From a virus (taxonomy: Duplodnaviria; Caudoviricetes), in the IMG/VR virus record IMGVR_UViG_3300036987_000217, positions 1 through 39,481 of that record: DNA of 39,481 bases; one strand, 5' to 3'. Position 1 is the first letter of the stretch. Every line of letters begins with the position of its first letter. Position numbers and translations under genes: made by a program. A model generated the notes under the pieces. It searched no databases. It was not told the origin of the DNA and saw only the letters and a program-made list of their open reading frames with translations. Shown here piece by piece: positions 25,236 to 33,655 of this stretch.

Positions 25236-26141
25236 CTACACAGGTCGCAATTCCAATGGATCGAGCGCCGCGCCGTGCCGCAGAAGCGCTTTGGCCGACT
25301 TCCACTTCTTCTGTTTAATGACTCGTGCCCCCATCGGAGACAGAGACAGATCGGCGTCAGAAAGCCCCTGTAACACCCCCAGTGACAGCCGCAGCTTGCC
25401 CGTCACCTTCCTTCCGCTGCGATCGATAGCGCCATAGGGGTGCATCTCCTTCTGCGGTCGCCTTGATAGGCCAGGGACCATACGGCGGATGTTCTCCAGT
25501 TCATCCTCGGCCGACCGGTCGACGCCCCGCATTTCGACGGCTAGCGCTGAGCCGATGGGGCGGGTGTGGCGCACCGAGACCTCGTCCAATATCCCGGCGC
25601 GCCACATGGGATTCGGGAACAGCCGACACCAGACATAATCCAGGCCGACCCCGCTCATGCTCGCACGCATCAACGGCAGCACAGTTTTCAGGTGCGCTGA
25701 GGTCAGGCACGGCACCATGATCTCGACGAGATTGGAATAGCGGAAACGATATTTGCGGTTCGCGAGCGTGTGGTACCAACTAACGTAGCTGTCCGGCGTA
25801 AGGCTCGGCTGCATGAGGTCGACGCCGTAGTCGACCATGGCATCGAAAATCCGATTGACCGCCTCGGTAGTCGTCGAGATGTCGTCATCAGGGAGCCAGA
25901 TGCGCTCGTAGTCCAATAGGCGCGGGTGCTCCGTGAACAGCTTGTACAGCCCATCCCATTTTCCACCCCTATGGTCGATACGCCAAGAGTCGTCGTCTCG
26001 GAATATGTCCGTGTCCGACCCATAGTAGCTCACCACCAGATCCCAGTTTCGGGGCGCGCCACCAGAAAGCCATTGCCGGTGCAGGGATTTATCGCCTGCG
26101 CGCACTACCACTAAATTGCTCTTGGTGGCGGGAATGCTCAT
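25236..26141 (-). CDS. DUF707-family (GT-A-like) protein, 301 aa
   Basis: NLVVVRAGDKSLHRQWL...WDLVVSYYG...GGKWDGL...YERIWLPDDDI...QPSL...VEIMVPC...SGVGLDYVW...VRHTRPIG. Confidence 0.82.
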   Translation of the reverse strand: MSIPATKSNLVVVRAGDKSLHRQWLSGGAPRNWDLVVSYYGSDTDIFRDDDSWRIDHRGGKWDGLYKLFTEHPRLLDYERIWLPDDDISTTTEAVNRIFDAMVDYGVDLMQPSLTPDSYVSWYHTLANRKYRFRYSNLVEIMVPCLTSAHLKTVLPLMRASMSGVGLDYVWCRLFPNPMWRAGILDEVSVRHTRPIGSALAVEMRGVDRSAEDELENIRRMVPGLSRRPQKEMHPYGAIDRSGRKVTGKLRLSLGVLQGLSDADLSLSPMGARVIKQKKWKSAKALLRHGAALDPLELRPV

Positions 26142-26252
26142 CGGATACTCTACTGCCGTTGTCCGGCAATCATCTAATTGGTTAGTCGTATTGCGCGCGA
26201 CAATTATTTGATCTGGTGGCAATGCGGACCACCTTCAGGGCAGGATTTAACC

Positions 26253-26540
26253 GTGCGCGTTCCATACATTGCCCGGCGGCTTTTCGAATGCCTACTTTAC
26301 CATCCGTGGGTCGTGTCCGATGGCTGGCGGCGATGCCGCGGCTGCGGCGAGTGCCAAATCTGGGTATCAGACGGCGAAGATCGCAAGCGCGGACGCTGGG
26401 TCGACGTCGGGGCAAAGGGCAAGTGGTTTACTAATCCTGCGCGGCGGCGACCGCCGCGTCCGGATGATCCTTCCCTGGCTGGGTTCCCACCGTTCCCCGA
26501 TTCACCGCCCGAGACTGCGCGTCAGATGGACGACGCCTGA
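26253..26540 (+). CDS. Possible small Cys/His (Zn-binding) protein
   Basis: GTG start after AGGA; CLLYHPW...CRGCGEC; Pro-rich tail. Confidence 0.4.
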   Translation: MRVPYIARRLFECLLYHPWVVSDGWRRCRGCGECQIWVSDGEDRKRGRWVDVGAKGKWFTNPARRRPPRPDDPSLAGFPPFPDSPPETARQMDDA

Positions 26541-26576
26541 CAGCACTTTGTTTTGTTTAGCCTTTTCCGCCGGCCA

Positions 26577-27215
26577 ATGACGCCCTACGTTCCCGCGGTG
26601 CCCCGCTCCCGCTTCATCACGCCCAGCGCCCCCATCCTGCGCCCCGAGCCCCCAGCGGGCCGCGATTGGCTGCACGAGGTCAAATTCGACGGCTGGCGCG
26701 CGCAGATCCATGTCGAGGGCGCCACCGCGACCATCTACGGCAAGAATGGCGGCGACCTCACCGCACGATTCCGCAGCATCGCCCGCATTGCCGAAACGCT
26801 GCCGTTCAAGTCGGTGGTGCTCGATTCCGAAATCGTGGCGCCGGATGCGTCGGGGCGGCCGGACTTCTACGCCCTGATGCGCGGCGTGCGTGATGGCTGT
26901 TGCGCCTATTGCTTTGACGTCCTGGTATTCAACGGCGTCCCGATGTTCAACGATCCGATAGAGCAGCGCCGGGCGCTGTTGCGCCGGGTGCTCAAGCGCG
27001 AGGCGACAGACACGCTGCGCGTTTCGCACGCGTTCAAGGATGCGGACCGCGTGCTCGCCCATTGCGCCCAACACAGCCTCGAAGGCATCGTCTCGAAGCG
27101 ATGCGGCAGCCGTTACGTGGCCGGCCCCAATCCCGATTGGATCAAGGTCAAGACGGCCGCCTGGCGCGAGGCGAATAAAAGCCGATGGGAGTTGTTCGCT
27201 AGGGTGCGGACCTGA
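26577..27215 (+). CDS. ATP-dependent DNA ligase, LigD-type adenylation domain only
   Basis: Motif I HEVKFDGWR, III VLDSEIV, IIIa FDVL, IV EGIVSKR, V DWIKVK; no OB domain after motif V. Confidence 0.88.
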   Translation: MTPYVPAVPRSRFITPSAPILRPEPPAGRDWLHEVKFDGWRAQIHVEGATATIYGKNGGDLTARFRSIARIAETLPFKSVVLDSEIVAPDASGRPDFYALMRGVRDGCCAYCFDVLVFNGVPMFNDPIEQRRALLRRVLKREATDTLRVSHAFKDADRVLAHCAQHSLEGIVSKRCGSRYVAGPNPDWIKVKTAAWREANKSRWELFARVRT

Positions 27216-27484
27216 TGGGCGCTCGCGACCAGCCCTATGAGCCGGTCAGCCTCGGCGACCTACGTCGCGAGAAAATGTGGCTTCATCTGCTTTGCAACGC
27301 CTGCGGTCGCGAGCGCGAGGTTGAGCCCTCGAAGCCGCCGCTTGATGCGATGTCCGACGACACCGTCGTGCACCTGCTCGGCAAATCCATGGTTTGCAGC
27401 GGCTGCGGCGTGAAGGGCAACATCTGGAGCGTGCCTGAGTTTCACGCCGGCGCCGAGCGCCGTGCGTTCTGGCGCCGACCCTAA
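27215..27484 (+). CDS. Zn-ribbon protein (89 aa)
   Basis: CNAC...CSGC; TGATG-coupled to ligase. Confidence 0.75.
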   Translation: MGARDQPYEPVSLGDLRREKMWLHLLCNACGREREVEPSKPPLDAMSDDTVVHLLGKSMVCSGCGVKGNIWSVPEFHAGAERRAFWRRP

Positions 27485-27631
27485 AACGAGCCCGCGGGCC
27501 ACGAGCTAACGAGCGGCGCTAAGCTCGACTTCCGGCTCGCCCAAAAAAACCGCGACATGCGCCCGTTGTTGCAAGTGGCTTACCCCCGCGTTAGGCTCGA
27601 CAAATTAGATTTCATAAATTTCGAGGCTGAC

Positions 27632-27982
27632 ATGCGACTTCTGCTATCCCTGCTATTTCTGATTTCGCTCCTTAATGCCCACGCCAGCGCGCTCGATCCG
27701 GCTGCTTGCAAACGGCTGTGTCAGGGGGACTGGGCACAATGTATGAGAAACGCGGGCGACCAAGCCGCACAATGCGAAGCTAAGAAGCGCGGGGATTGTA
27801 CGACTACTTGCGGTCGCGAGTGCAATGGTGCGCCGGACCGAGAAACGCGCGCTCGCTGCAATCGACTATGCATAAATAGATGCCTTGGCTTTAGCGAATG
27901 CGGGAAGCAGCATGAGAGAGCTGGCGTGGATTGCCAGTACAAACTGTCATCTTGCCAAAATCGCTGCGGCAAGGTGCCGTGA
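27632..27982 (+). CDS. Secreted cysteine-rich protein (116 aa, 14 Cys)
   Basis: GAGG RBS; signal peptide MRLLLSLLFLISLLNAHASA; 14 Cys in the mature part. Confidence 0.8.
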   Translation: MRLLLSLLFLISLLNAHASALDPAACKRLCQGDWAQCMRNAGDQAAQCEAKKRGDCTTTCGRECNGAPDRETRARCNRLCINRCLGFSECGKQHERAGVDCQYKLSSCQNRCGKVP

Positions 27983-28004
27983 CGCGGCGCCCGTTGTTTT
28001 TTTT
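27973..28004 (+). terminator. Probable terminator after Cys-rich gene
   Basis: GGTGCCG-TGACG-CGGCGCC followed by CGTTGTTTTTTTT. Confidence 0.55.
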
Positions 28005-28119
28005 GACCTGGCGTGCCGTCCTGCGCCCTAGTCGAGGCTGATATAGGCCTCGATAAAGCCGAGTTCGCGCGCGCACCGTTAGCAGGTGCTGATCGCTCGC
28101 GGTTCGTCCAGCCGGTCAA

Positions 28120-28248
28120 TCATTCGTTCCCCCGTTCCATGTTGCGCGCCGCGCGGCGAACGCGCCGGCGGAACCGTCCTCGTTCGCAAAGTGCGAACCC
28201 AATCGCCAGCCCGACGACGCCGGCGATCGGCGCGATGATGACGATCAT
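28120..28248 (-). CDS. Small single-TM protein (42 aa)
   Basis: ATGA-coupled; MIVIIAPIAGVVGLAIGFAL plus basic tail. Confidence 0.55.
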   Translation of the reverse strand: MIVIIAPIAGVVGLAIGFALCERGRFRRRVRRAARNMERGNE

Positions 28249-28601
28249 CGTCCCCCCGCCGCTTCGGCCATGATGCGCTTGCCTTCGTCGCTGGCTTGCC
28301 AGGCCGCGTATTCCTCGGCGTAGGCCATCGCGTAAGCCGTCTCCCATGCCAGCCGCCTCGCGATTTCGAAATGGTAAAGGTGCTGCTCGTCGTCCTCGAA
28401 GCCGATTGATTCCCTCACGGCAACGAGCGGCCCGCCGCGCTCGTGCCCCCGCCGCACCTCGAAGCGAGAACTGTCGCCGTCCTGGTCCTGCACGACCACG
28501 CGGAAGGCGCCGACGGTCGTTACGGCATACTCGCTGTCGCGCGTCTCCCTGAACTGCCAGACGGCCTCGGCATATTTGCGCGTCTCTGGAAATCCGCTCA
28601 T
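28245..28601 (-). CDS. Hypothetical protein (118 aa)
   Basis: Start ATG 28601, ATGA overlap. Confidence 0.65.
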   Translation of the reverse strand: MSGFPETRKYAEAVWQFRETRDSEYAVTTVGAFRVVVQDQDGDSSRFEVRRGHERGGPLVAVRESIGFEDDEQHLYHFEIARRLAWETAYAMAYAEEYAAWQASDEGKRIMAEAAGGR

Positions 28602-29209
28602 TGCCACGCCACCTTCTTGCGTTCCTCGCGCGCCGCGTCCTCGTCGAGCTTTGCCGACAGGCCGGCGTCGTCCCACGCCCCTATCTTGAGCCGCTCCGCA
28701 ATCCCCTGGATTTCCATTTCCAGCAGCGCCAGGTCGATTTCCGGCCCGATGTCGCGGTAGCCGTTGAGCAGCGTCGCCCCCATCGCTTCCTCGCTCATGT
28801 GCGCGAGCAAGTCGGTAACGGCTTCGGCCAGGCGGTCCCGCTTCTCGACACTCGACGCCCATACGCGGATCTGCACGCCAATCCAGAAAAACGGGCTCTT
28901 GTTGTAGTTCTTGGTGATGGTGTCCGCCCACGACGCCGTCCGCGCCAGCAACGCCGGCCAGCAACCGCGGTTGTGCCCGAACCGGGCGGCGACGTTGCCA
29001 CGCTCGTCATACGTGACCACCGACACCGGCCCGTCGGTGGCGACGATGCACAGCGCCGCCGGCCCCATCTCGCGGAACGCGCGCTTCTTGGCGTAGCTCC
29101 ATTGCTCGCGCACCGCATCGTGATCGTCGACGGGCTTCGGCTTCGCCGGCAATTCGTCGCCGGTCATCAGGTTGAATTCGTCCTTTAGGCTTTTGATCGT
29201 GCTCACCAC
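28598..29209 (-). CDS. Hypothetical protein, possibly degenerate GIY-YIG/T5orf172-like
   Basis: Operon packing; weak pattern similarity only. Confidence 0.6.
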   Translation of the reverse strand: MVSTIKSLKDEFNLMTGDELPAKPKPVDDHDAVREQWSYAKKRAFREMGPAALCIVATDGPVSVVTYDERGNVAARFGHNRGCWPALLARTASWADTITKNYNKSPFFWIGVQIRVWASSVEKRDRLAEAVTDLLAHMSEEAMGATLLNGYRDIGPEIDLALLEMEIQGIAERLKIGAWDDAGLSAKLDEDAAREERKKVAWQ

Positions 29210-29562
29210 AGCCGCCCCCTGAACAATACGTTTCCCGATTCCTCGCGCGCCGGCGCAGGCTGCGTGTTGGCGATCAATTGCTCGTAGAGCGCCGGGTGCA
29301 CGTAGACGGTGCCGATGTCGGACCTGATGATGATGGCCGGCTTAGAGGCGGTCCGTGGCGCACAGCGCCGATAGCGGCGCAGCCCCTGCACGCCGGCGTG
29401 CAGGTATGGCCGCCGCGGCTTGCCTGGCCGTTTGCCGTAAGTCGGCCGCCTGGCGCGAAGCGGCTTGCGATCGCTACGCGGCACCCGCGTCATCGCCGTT
29501 TCCGTCTTGACGATCCTCATCGCCCCCCACGCCAGGTCCAGCGCGTCCCGTCGCATCATCAC
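29203..29562 (-). CDS. Basic hypothetical protein
   Basis: GTGA overlap; TVYVHPALYEQL. Confidence 0.55.
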   Translation of the reverse strand: MMMRRDALDLAWGAMRIVKTETAMTRVPRSDRKPLRARRPTYGKRPGKPRRPYLHAGVQGLRRYRRCAPRTASKPAIIIRSDIGTVYVHPALYEQLIANTQPAPAREESGNVLFRGRLW

Positions 29563-29975
29563 CAAAGGTCCTCCGAGAATAGGTCCGACGGGCTGCGCGT
29601 CTTCGTCACCTGGCCGGTGCGCAGTGCGACTTGCCGTGCCCGGAAGCGGTCGAGAAACTGGCCGTCGGAGTCGATGAATCCCTGCCCCCAATCGTTGGGG
29701 TCGACGCCCAGCATGTTTAGCGCGCTGACGAGGTTGTGATGTCGCGCCGGCGGCGGCATGGTCAGGATTACCCCCTCACGCACCAGCGCCGCCGCGGCGA
29801 TGCGACTGTCGGGCCGCCCCTGCCTCCCCGCCTTCCATGCGTGTTTTTTTGTCCCTCGGACGTAGACCACCTGTGTTGGGCAGTCGCATGAGGCGACCCG
29901 GCCGGGCGCGGCGGCGCCACACCCGCAGCATCGCCACTCGGTGTCAACGTTAGTGGCACTGTCGACGTCGCTCAT
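29559..29975 (-). CDS. Conserved phage protein (RHH...QGF...LFSEDLW type) with N-terminal Cys cluster
   Basis: PPARHH...QGFIDSDGQFLDRFRA...GQ...LFSEDLW; start ATG 29975. Confidence 0.75.
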   Translation of the reverse strand: MSDVDSATNVDTEWRCCGCGAAAPGRVASCDCPTQVVYVRGTKKHAWKAGRQGRPDSRIAAAALVREGVILTMPPPARHHNLVSALNMLGVDPNDWGQGFIDSDGQFLDRFRARQVALRTGQVTKTRSPSDLFSEDLW

Positions 29976-30988
29976 CCCTCTAGCCTCGCTGTTCGATTCC
30001 GTTCCCGCAGGGCGCGCATGCGGTCCTGCACGCTGACGTGTTGCAGCACCGGCTTGCCGTTGGCGGCACGGTGCACGCCGGCGATCGCGCCCCCGTAGAC
30101 GCGCCGCGCCGCTTCGTGGCTGCCGCCGGTGTGCTTTCTGATCGCCCGCCACGACAGCGCCGGCGTGATCGCCCGCCACACCAGCACGCATTGCGCCTGG
30201 CTCAAGGTCCAGGACCGGCGCGCGTGATGCCAAAGCTCGGGCGGGTTCAGCGCCGTGAACCAGGCAAAGGCGACGATGTAGTCGTCGAGGTCGCGCGGCG
30301 TCGGCTCGAACCGTTCCCGAGCACCATCGGCGTCGCTGGACAGAAGCGTCTCGTGAATGAAGCCCGACATGGCGCTGGACGTCTCGCTGAAGCCCGCCGG
30401 CCCGCCCTCGCGGCCGCGGATGCCATCGGTCAGGATCGCGCGCGCGACGCGCCCCTCCGCCTCGCGCACCGATACCTCGCCGGCGGCCGAGTACGTCAGC
30501 GCCTCGGTCAGCCACCATTGCCGATCGCCGGCGCGCGGTGTCTCCTCGATCGCGCCGACCTCGGCGACGATTTCGGCCCGCGTTCGCGCCGACTGGTCGG
30601 CCTGTGCGGTCATGGCGGCGTAGCGGTTCGGCCGCGGCGCCATGGCGGCGATTCCCGCGTCGCGCTCGCCGGCGACCTTCCGCGCGGCCAGCGCCTTGTT
30701 GCTCGCCTCAAGCGATGGCGTCCAGCCTGCCAGCGGCTCGGGTAGCGGCGCTTTCCAGAGGCCGGGGTGTTCCGGCCGCCAGGCGTCTGGTTGCTCGCCC
30801 CAGCGCCGTTCTTGGCCCTTGGGCGGCAACGTGACGAGCTTGTCCCCGTCCTCGGTCGCCCAGCGCCAGGCTCGAGTTTTTTTGTCGTAGATGCGGGCGG
30901 CCTTGAATTCGCGTCCGGCCCAGACGACGACGACGCGCACGTTGAGGCCGGGCGTGTCATCGGTGACCGGGTAATGGGTTTCGTTCAT
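29972..30988 (-). CDS. Putative late transcription regulator/antiterminator with C-terminal DUF6362-like (sigma region 4-like HTH) domain
   Basis: EPTPRDLDDYIVAFAWF...VLVWRA...SWRAIRKHTGGSHEAARRVYGGAI...ANG; Q-like position near the end of the early operon. Confidence 0.7.
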   Translation of the reverse strand: MNETHYPVTDDTPGLNVRVVVVWAGREFKAARIYDKKTRAWRWATEDGDKLVTLPPKGQERRWGEQPDAWRPEHPGLWKAPLPEPLAGWTPSLEASNKALAARKVAGERDAGIAAMAPRPNRYAAMTAQADQSARTRAEIVAEVGAIEETPRAGDRQWWLTEALTYSAAGEVSVREAEGRVARAILTDGIRGREGGPAGFSETSSAMSGFIHETLLSSDADGARERFEPTPRDLDDYIVAFAWFTALNPPELWHHARRSWTLSQAQCVLVWRAITPALSWRAIRKHTGGSHEAARRVYGGAIAGVHRAANGKPVLQHVSVQDRMRALRERNRTARLEG

Positions 30989-31212
30989 TGGTGCCACCCG
31001 CTCCGTCGCCAGAGTGGCCGCCGATCGGTCAGCCGCCCGTTGCGTCGCTCGTATTCGCCGGCGACGGCAAGGCCGATGGGACCCATCCAGCGGCGGATGC
31101 GCGCTTTGCGGCGTTCCTGGCGCGACGGCGTGCGCACGTCGTGGAACAGCAACGGCGCGCTGCAAAACACGCGCCGGTAGACGGCCACGAGTGCGATCGT
31201 CGATATGGTCAC
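30985..31212 (-). CDS. Hypothetical protein (75 aa)
   Basis: GTGA/ATGA coupling on both sides. Confidence 0.5.
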   Translation of the reverse strand: MTISTIALVAVYRRVFCSAPLLFHDVRTPSRQERRKARIRRWMGPIGLAVAGEYERRNGRLTDRRPLWRRSGWHQ

Positions 31213-31703
31213 GCCGCCCTCCCCGCGTCGGCTTCGATCGCGTCGGCGCGCTGGCGGCCGAACCAGGCGTCGAGCACCTGGCGCGTGCGTTCCACCAGCG
31301 ACCGTTGTTCGCGGTTGATGAGGTGACGGGCGACCAGGAACACGTCCGGCCAACTTTCCTCCGCCTCCGCTATCTCGCTCGGCGAAAGCTCCGACCAGGC
31401 GCGCCGCGCGATTCCCATCACCAGGCGATCGCGCCGGCGGTTCTCGCGCCACTCCTGGTACGTCATCAGGCCGATGCAATAGGCGACGACAACCGCCGCA
31501 AGGAGGCCGACGCCGAACATGGCACCGACGAAAAACGAGACGTCGCTGACGGCCATGATGGTCGCGCTGATGCCGTCGGCCAAGCGGTCGATCCCGTCGG
31601 CGGAATAGACCTGCTCCACCCACGGCTCAACCTCGTTCGGCGCCGGCGCCACGGGCCACAGTTGCGGCAGGTTCTCCGTCACCACCAACTTGTCGATCGC
31701 CAT
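31209..31703 (-). CDS. Hypothetical membrane protein (164 aa)
   Basis: Central hydrophobic stretch FFVGAMFGVGLLAAVVVAYCIGL. Confidence 0.65.
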   Translation of the reverse strand: MAIDKLVVTENLPQLWPVAPAPNEVEPWVEQVYSADGIDRLADGISATIMAVSDVSFFVGAMFGVGLLAAVVVAYCIGLMTYQEWRENRRRDRLVMGIARRAWSELSPSEIAEAEESWPDVFLVARHLINREQRSLVERTRQVLDAWFGRQRADAIEADAGRAA

Positions 31704-31706
31704 CGT

Positions 31707-32051
31707 CTAGGCCCCCACCTTTGCTTCGGCTTCCCTGATTTCGTCGTCGGTCCAGCCCCACGTGCGGCGATCGTCGGCGCTCGCCTCATCGTTCGCGATC
31801 TGGACCCATATTTTCCGCTTCTCACCGCATCCCCTGGCGCTGCAGGGCGTGAGCTTGTTGGCTCGGATTTCCCCGACTGTGAGGCTGTCTCGCCATTTGC
31901 TGAACGGCGCCTTGTCGAGGCGCGGTTCTCGCTCGTGACCGCAATTCCCGCACGAAATGTGCAGCCGCTTGCGGGCATCGCGCAGCATGCCGACCGTGAT
32001 GGCACCGGCCTCATCGGGCGGCAGCGGTGCTTGGCTTGCGGCTCGGCTCAC
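31707..32051 (-). CDS. Zn-ribbon protein (114 aa), paralogue of 27215-27484
   Basis: CGNC...CSARGC; GTGA overlap with methyltransferase. Confidence 0.72.
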   Translation of the reverse strand: MSRAASQAPLPPDEAGAITVGMLRDARKRLHISCGNCGHEREPRLDKAPFSKWRDSLTVGEIRANKLTPCSARGCGEKRKIWVQIANDEASADDRRTWGWTDDEIREAEAKVGA

Positions 32052-33655
32052 AGAAGTTCCCCTTGGTCGTCGACGCTGGTGCGGGCGCGTTGCATTTCCC
32101 GCACGATGTCGGGCTGCAGTTCGAGCAAGCGCACCGCCGCCTCGACGCGCCGGCAGGCGATGTCGAAATAGTCCGCGTCCTGCTCGACGCCGATAAAGCC
32201 GAAGCCCTCGCGCACCGCGGCAATGCCCGTCGTGCCCGATCCCATGAAGGGGTCGAGCACCGTGCCGCGCGGCGGCGTCACCAGGCGGCAGAGCCAGCGC
32301 ATCAGGTCGACGGGTTTCACCGTCGGGTGAATGTTGCGGTTGTTGGCGCGCTGCTGGTCGGGCTGGCCCCCGATGCCGCTACCCATCGTCGGGCGTGCCC
32401 GCTTCGGCAACGCGTCGAGGCCGAAATCGCGCTCATCTCGGTCGGCTTTGGCGGAATAGAAAAACCGCATCGCATCGCGCGCCGACGGCGGGAACGCCTC
32501 GAACACTTCGAACGAACCGTCGTGCGTCACGTTCGCCGGCCAGCGCGCATCCGGCAACAGCTTGCCGCCGGCGTTGTCGATCGCGCCGTAAGTCGCGGAA
32601 GTGTCGCGCCTGGCGTCCGTCACCTTCGGGCGCTCGCGATCGCCGACACGCGTGGCGCCGATGTTGATGGCGCCCGTCGCCCAGCGCAGCACGTTGGCGG
32701 CGATCGTGCCCTCGCTCAGCGGCTTGCGGGCAAAGCACACCGGCTCCAGCGCCGGCTTGAGCGCGGTGCCCCAATCCTCCCATTTCTTGGCGTCGTCCGA
32801 GAACGCCGCGGAGTTGTGCCCGATCTGGCCGACCTCGCCGTGGCCGAGGCCGGCGCGCCATGCGGCGGCATGCGATGGCTTCTCGTGCTGGCCGATGATC
32901 GGCCGGCGCTTCAGGTTCTCGCTTTCCACGGTGCGGCTCGCCACCAGGTCCTCGATGTCCTGGGGCACCGGCGGCAAGTGCGGCCGCAGCTTGTCGAACA
33001 TATCGGCGGTAGGGATTTCCGGCTGCTCGCCGTCCGTCAGGTAGTGGCTCGCCATGCTCGACTTCGTCACGGCGTTGATCTTTTTCCCCGTGATGCCGGT
33101 CGACCGCATCCATTCGGTGAAGCGCAAAGCGCGCTCGCGGCGCGGCCCGACAGTGTCGATTTTGTCGATGCCCTTGGCGACGTCGTAAGACTTCGGGAAA
33201 CCGGACCCGTATAGCCAGGCGATGAGGTCGCGGACCTCGAACCCGGCGTCGTCGATCGCGCCGGCGATGCGGTGATAGGTACGGCTGCCGGCGAACGCCA
33301 ACAGGTGCGCGCCTGGCTTGAGCGCGATGCGCACCGCGCCCCACGTCTGCCACTCGGCGGCGACGCCGCTCGAATCCCATCCCTTGCCCATGAAGCCAAG
33401 CTCGTAGGGCGGGTCGGTGATGCATGCGTCGATGTTTTCGAGCAGCGCCACGATGCGCCGACAGTCGCCGCGGTACATGAGCGCCGGCCCGATGCGGCGC
33501 ACGTCGTCGACGATCGGCGAGGCTTTGATTTCGTCCGGCCGATCGGGCAACGGCAGGAATCGGCCTGCTTTCACGCCTTCGAGGCGGATCGCGCGGATTC
33601 CGACGTCATAGCCGCGGGCGGAGTTGTCCGCCGCGTTGTAGCCCTTGCGTTTCAC
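32048..33655 (-). CDS. DNA N6-adenine/N4-cytosine methyltransferase (beta class), 535 aa
   Basis: Catalytic TDPPY precedes HPTVKP and SAM motif LDPFMGSGTTG; GTG start 33655 with GTGA overlap. Confidence 0.93.
   Translation of the reverse strand: MKRKGYNAADNSARGYDVGIRAIRLEGVKAGRFLPLPDRPDEIKASPIVDDVRRIGPALMYRGDCRRIVALLENIDACITDPPYELGFMGKGWDSSGVAAEWQTWGAVRIALKPGAHLLAFAGSRTYHRIAGAIDDAGFEVRDLIAWLYGSGFPKSYDVAKGIDKIDTVGPRRERALRFTEWMRSTGITGKKINAVTKSSMASHYLTDGEQPEIPTADMFDKLRPHLPPVPQDIEDLVASRTVESENLKRRPIIGQHEKPSHAAAWRAGLGHGEVGQIGHNSAAFSDDAKKWEDWGTALKPALEPVCFARKPLSEGTIAANVLRWATGAINIGATRVGDRERPKVTDARRDTSATYGAIDNAGGKLLPDARWPANVTHDGSFEVFEAFPPSARDAMRFFYSAKADRDERDFGLDALPKRARPTMGSGIGGQPDQQRANNRNIHPTVKPVDLMRWLCRLVTPPRGTVLDPFMGSGTTGIAAVREGFGFIGVEQDADYFDIACRRVEAAVRLLELQPDIVREMQRARTSVDDQGELL

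Noticed and set aside
26545-26600. Alphaproteobacterial LexA box upstream of the ligase
   Set aside because: T-rich, but no convincing GTTC-N7-GTTC match
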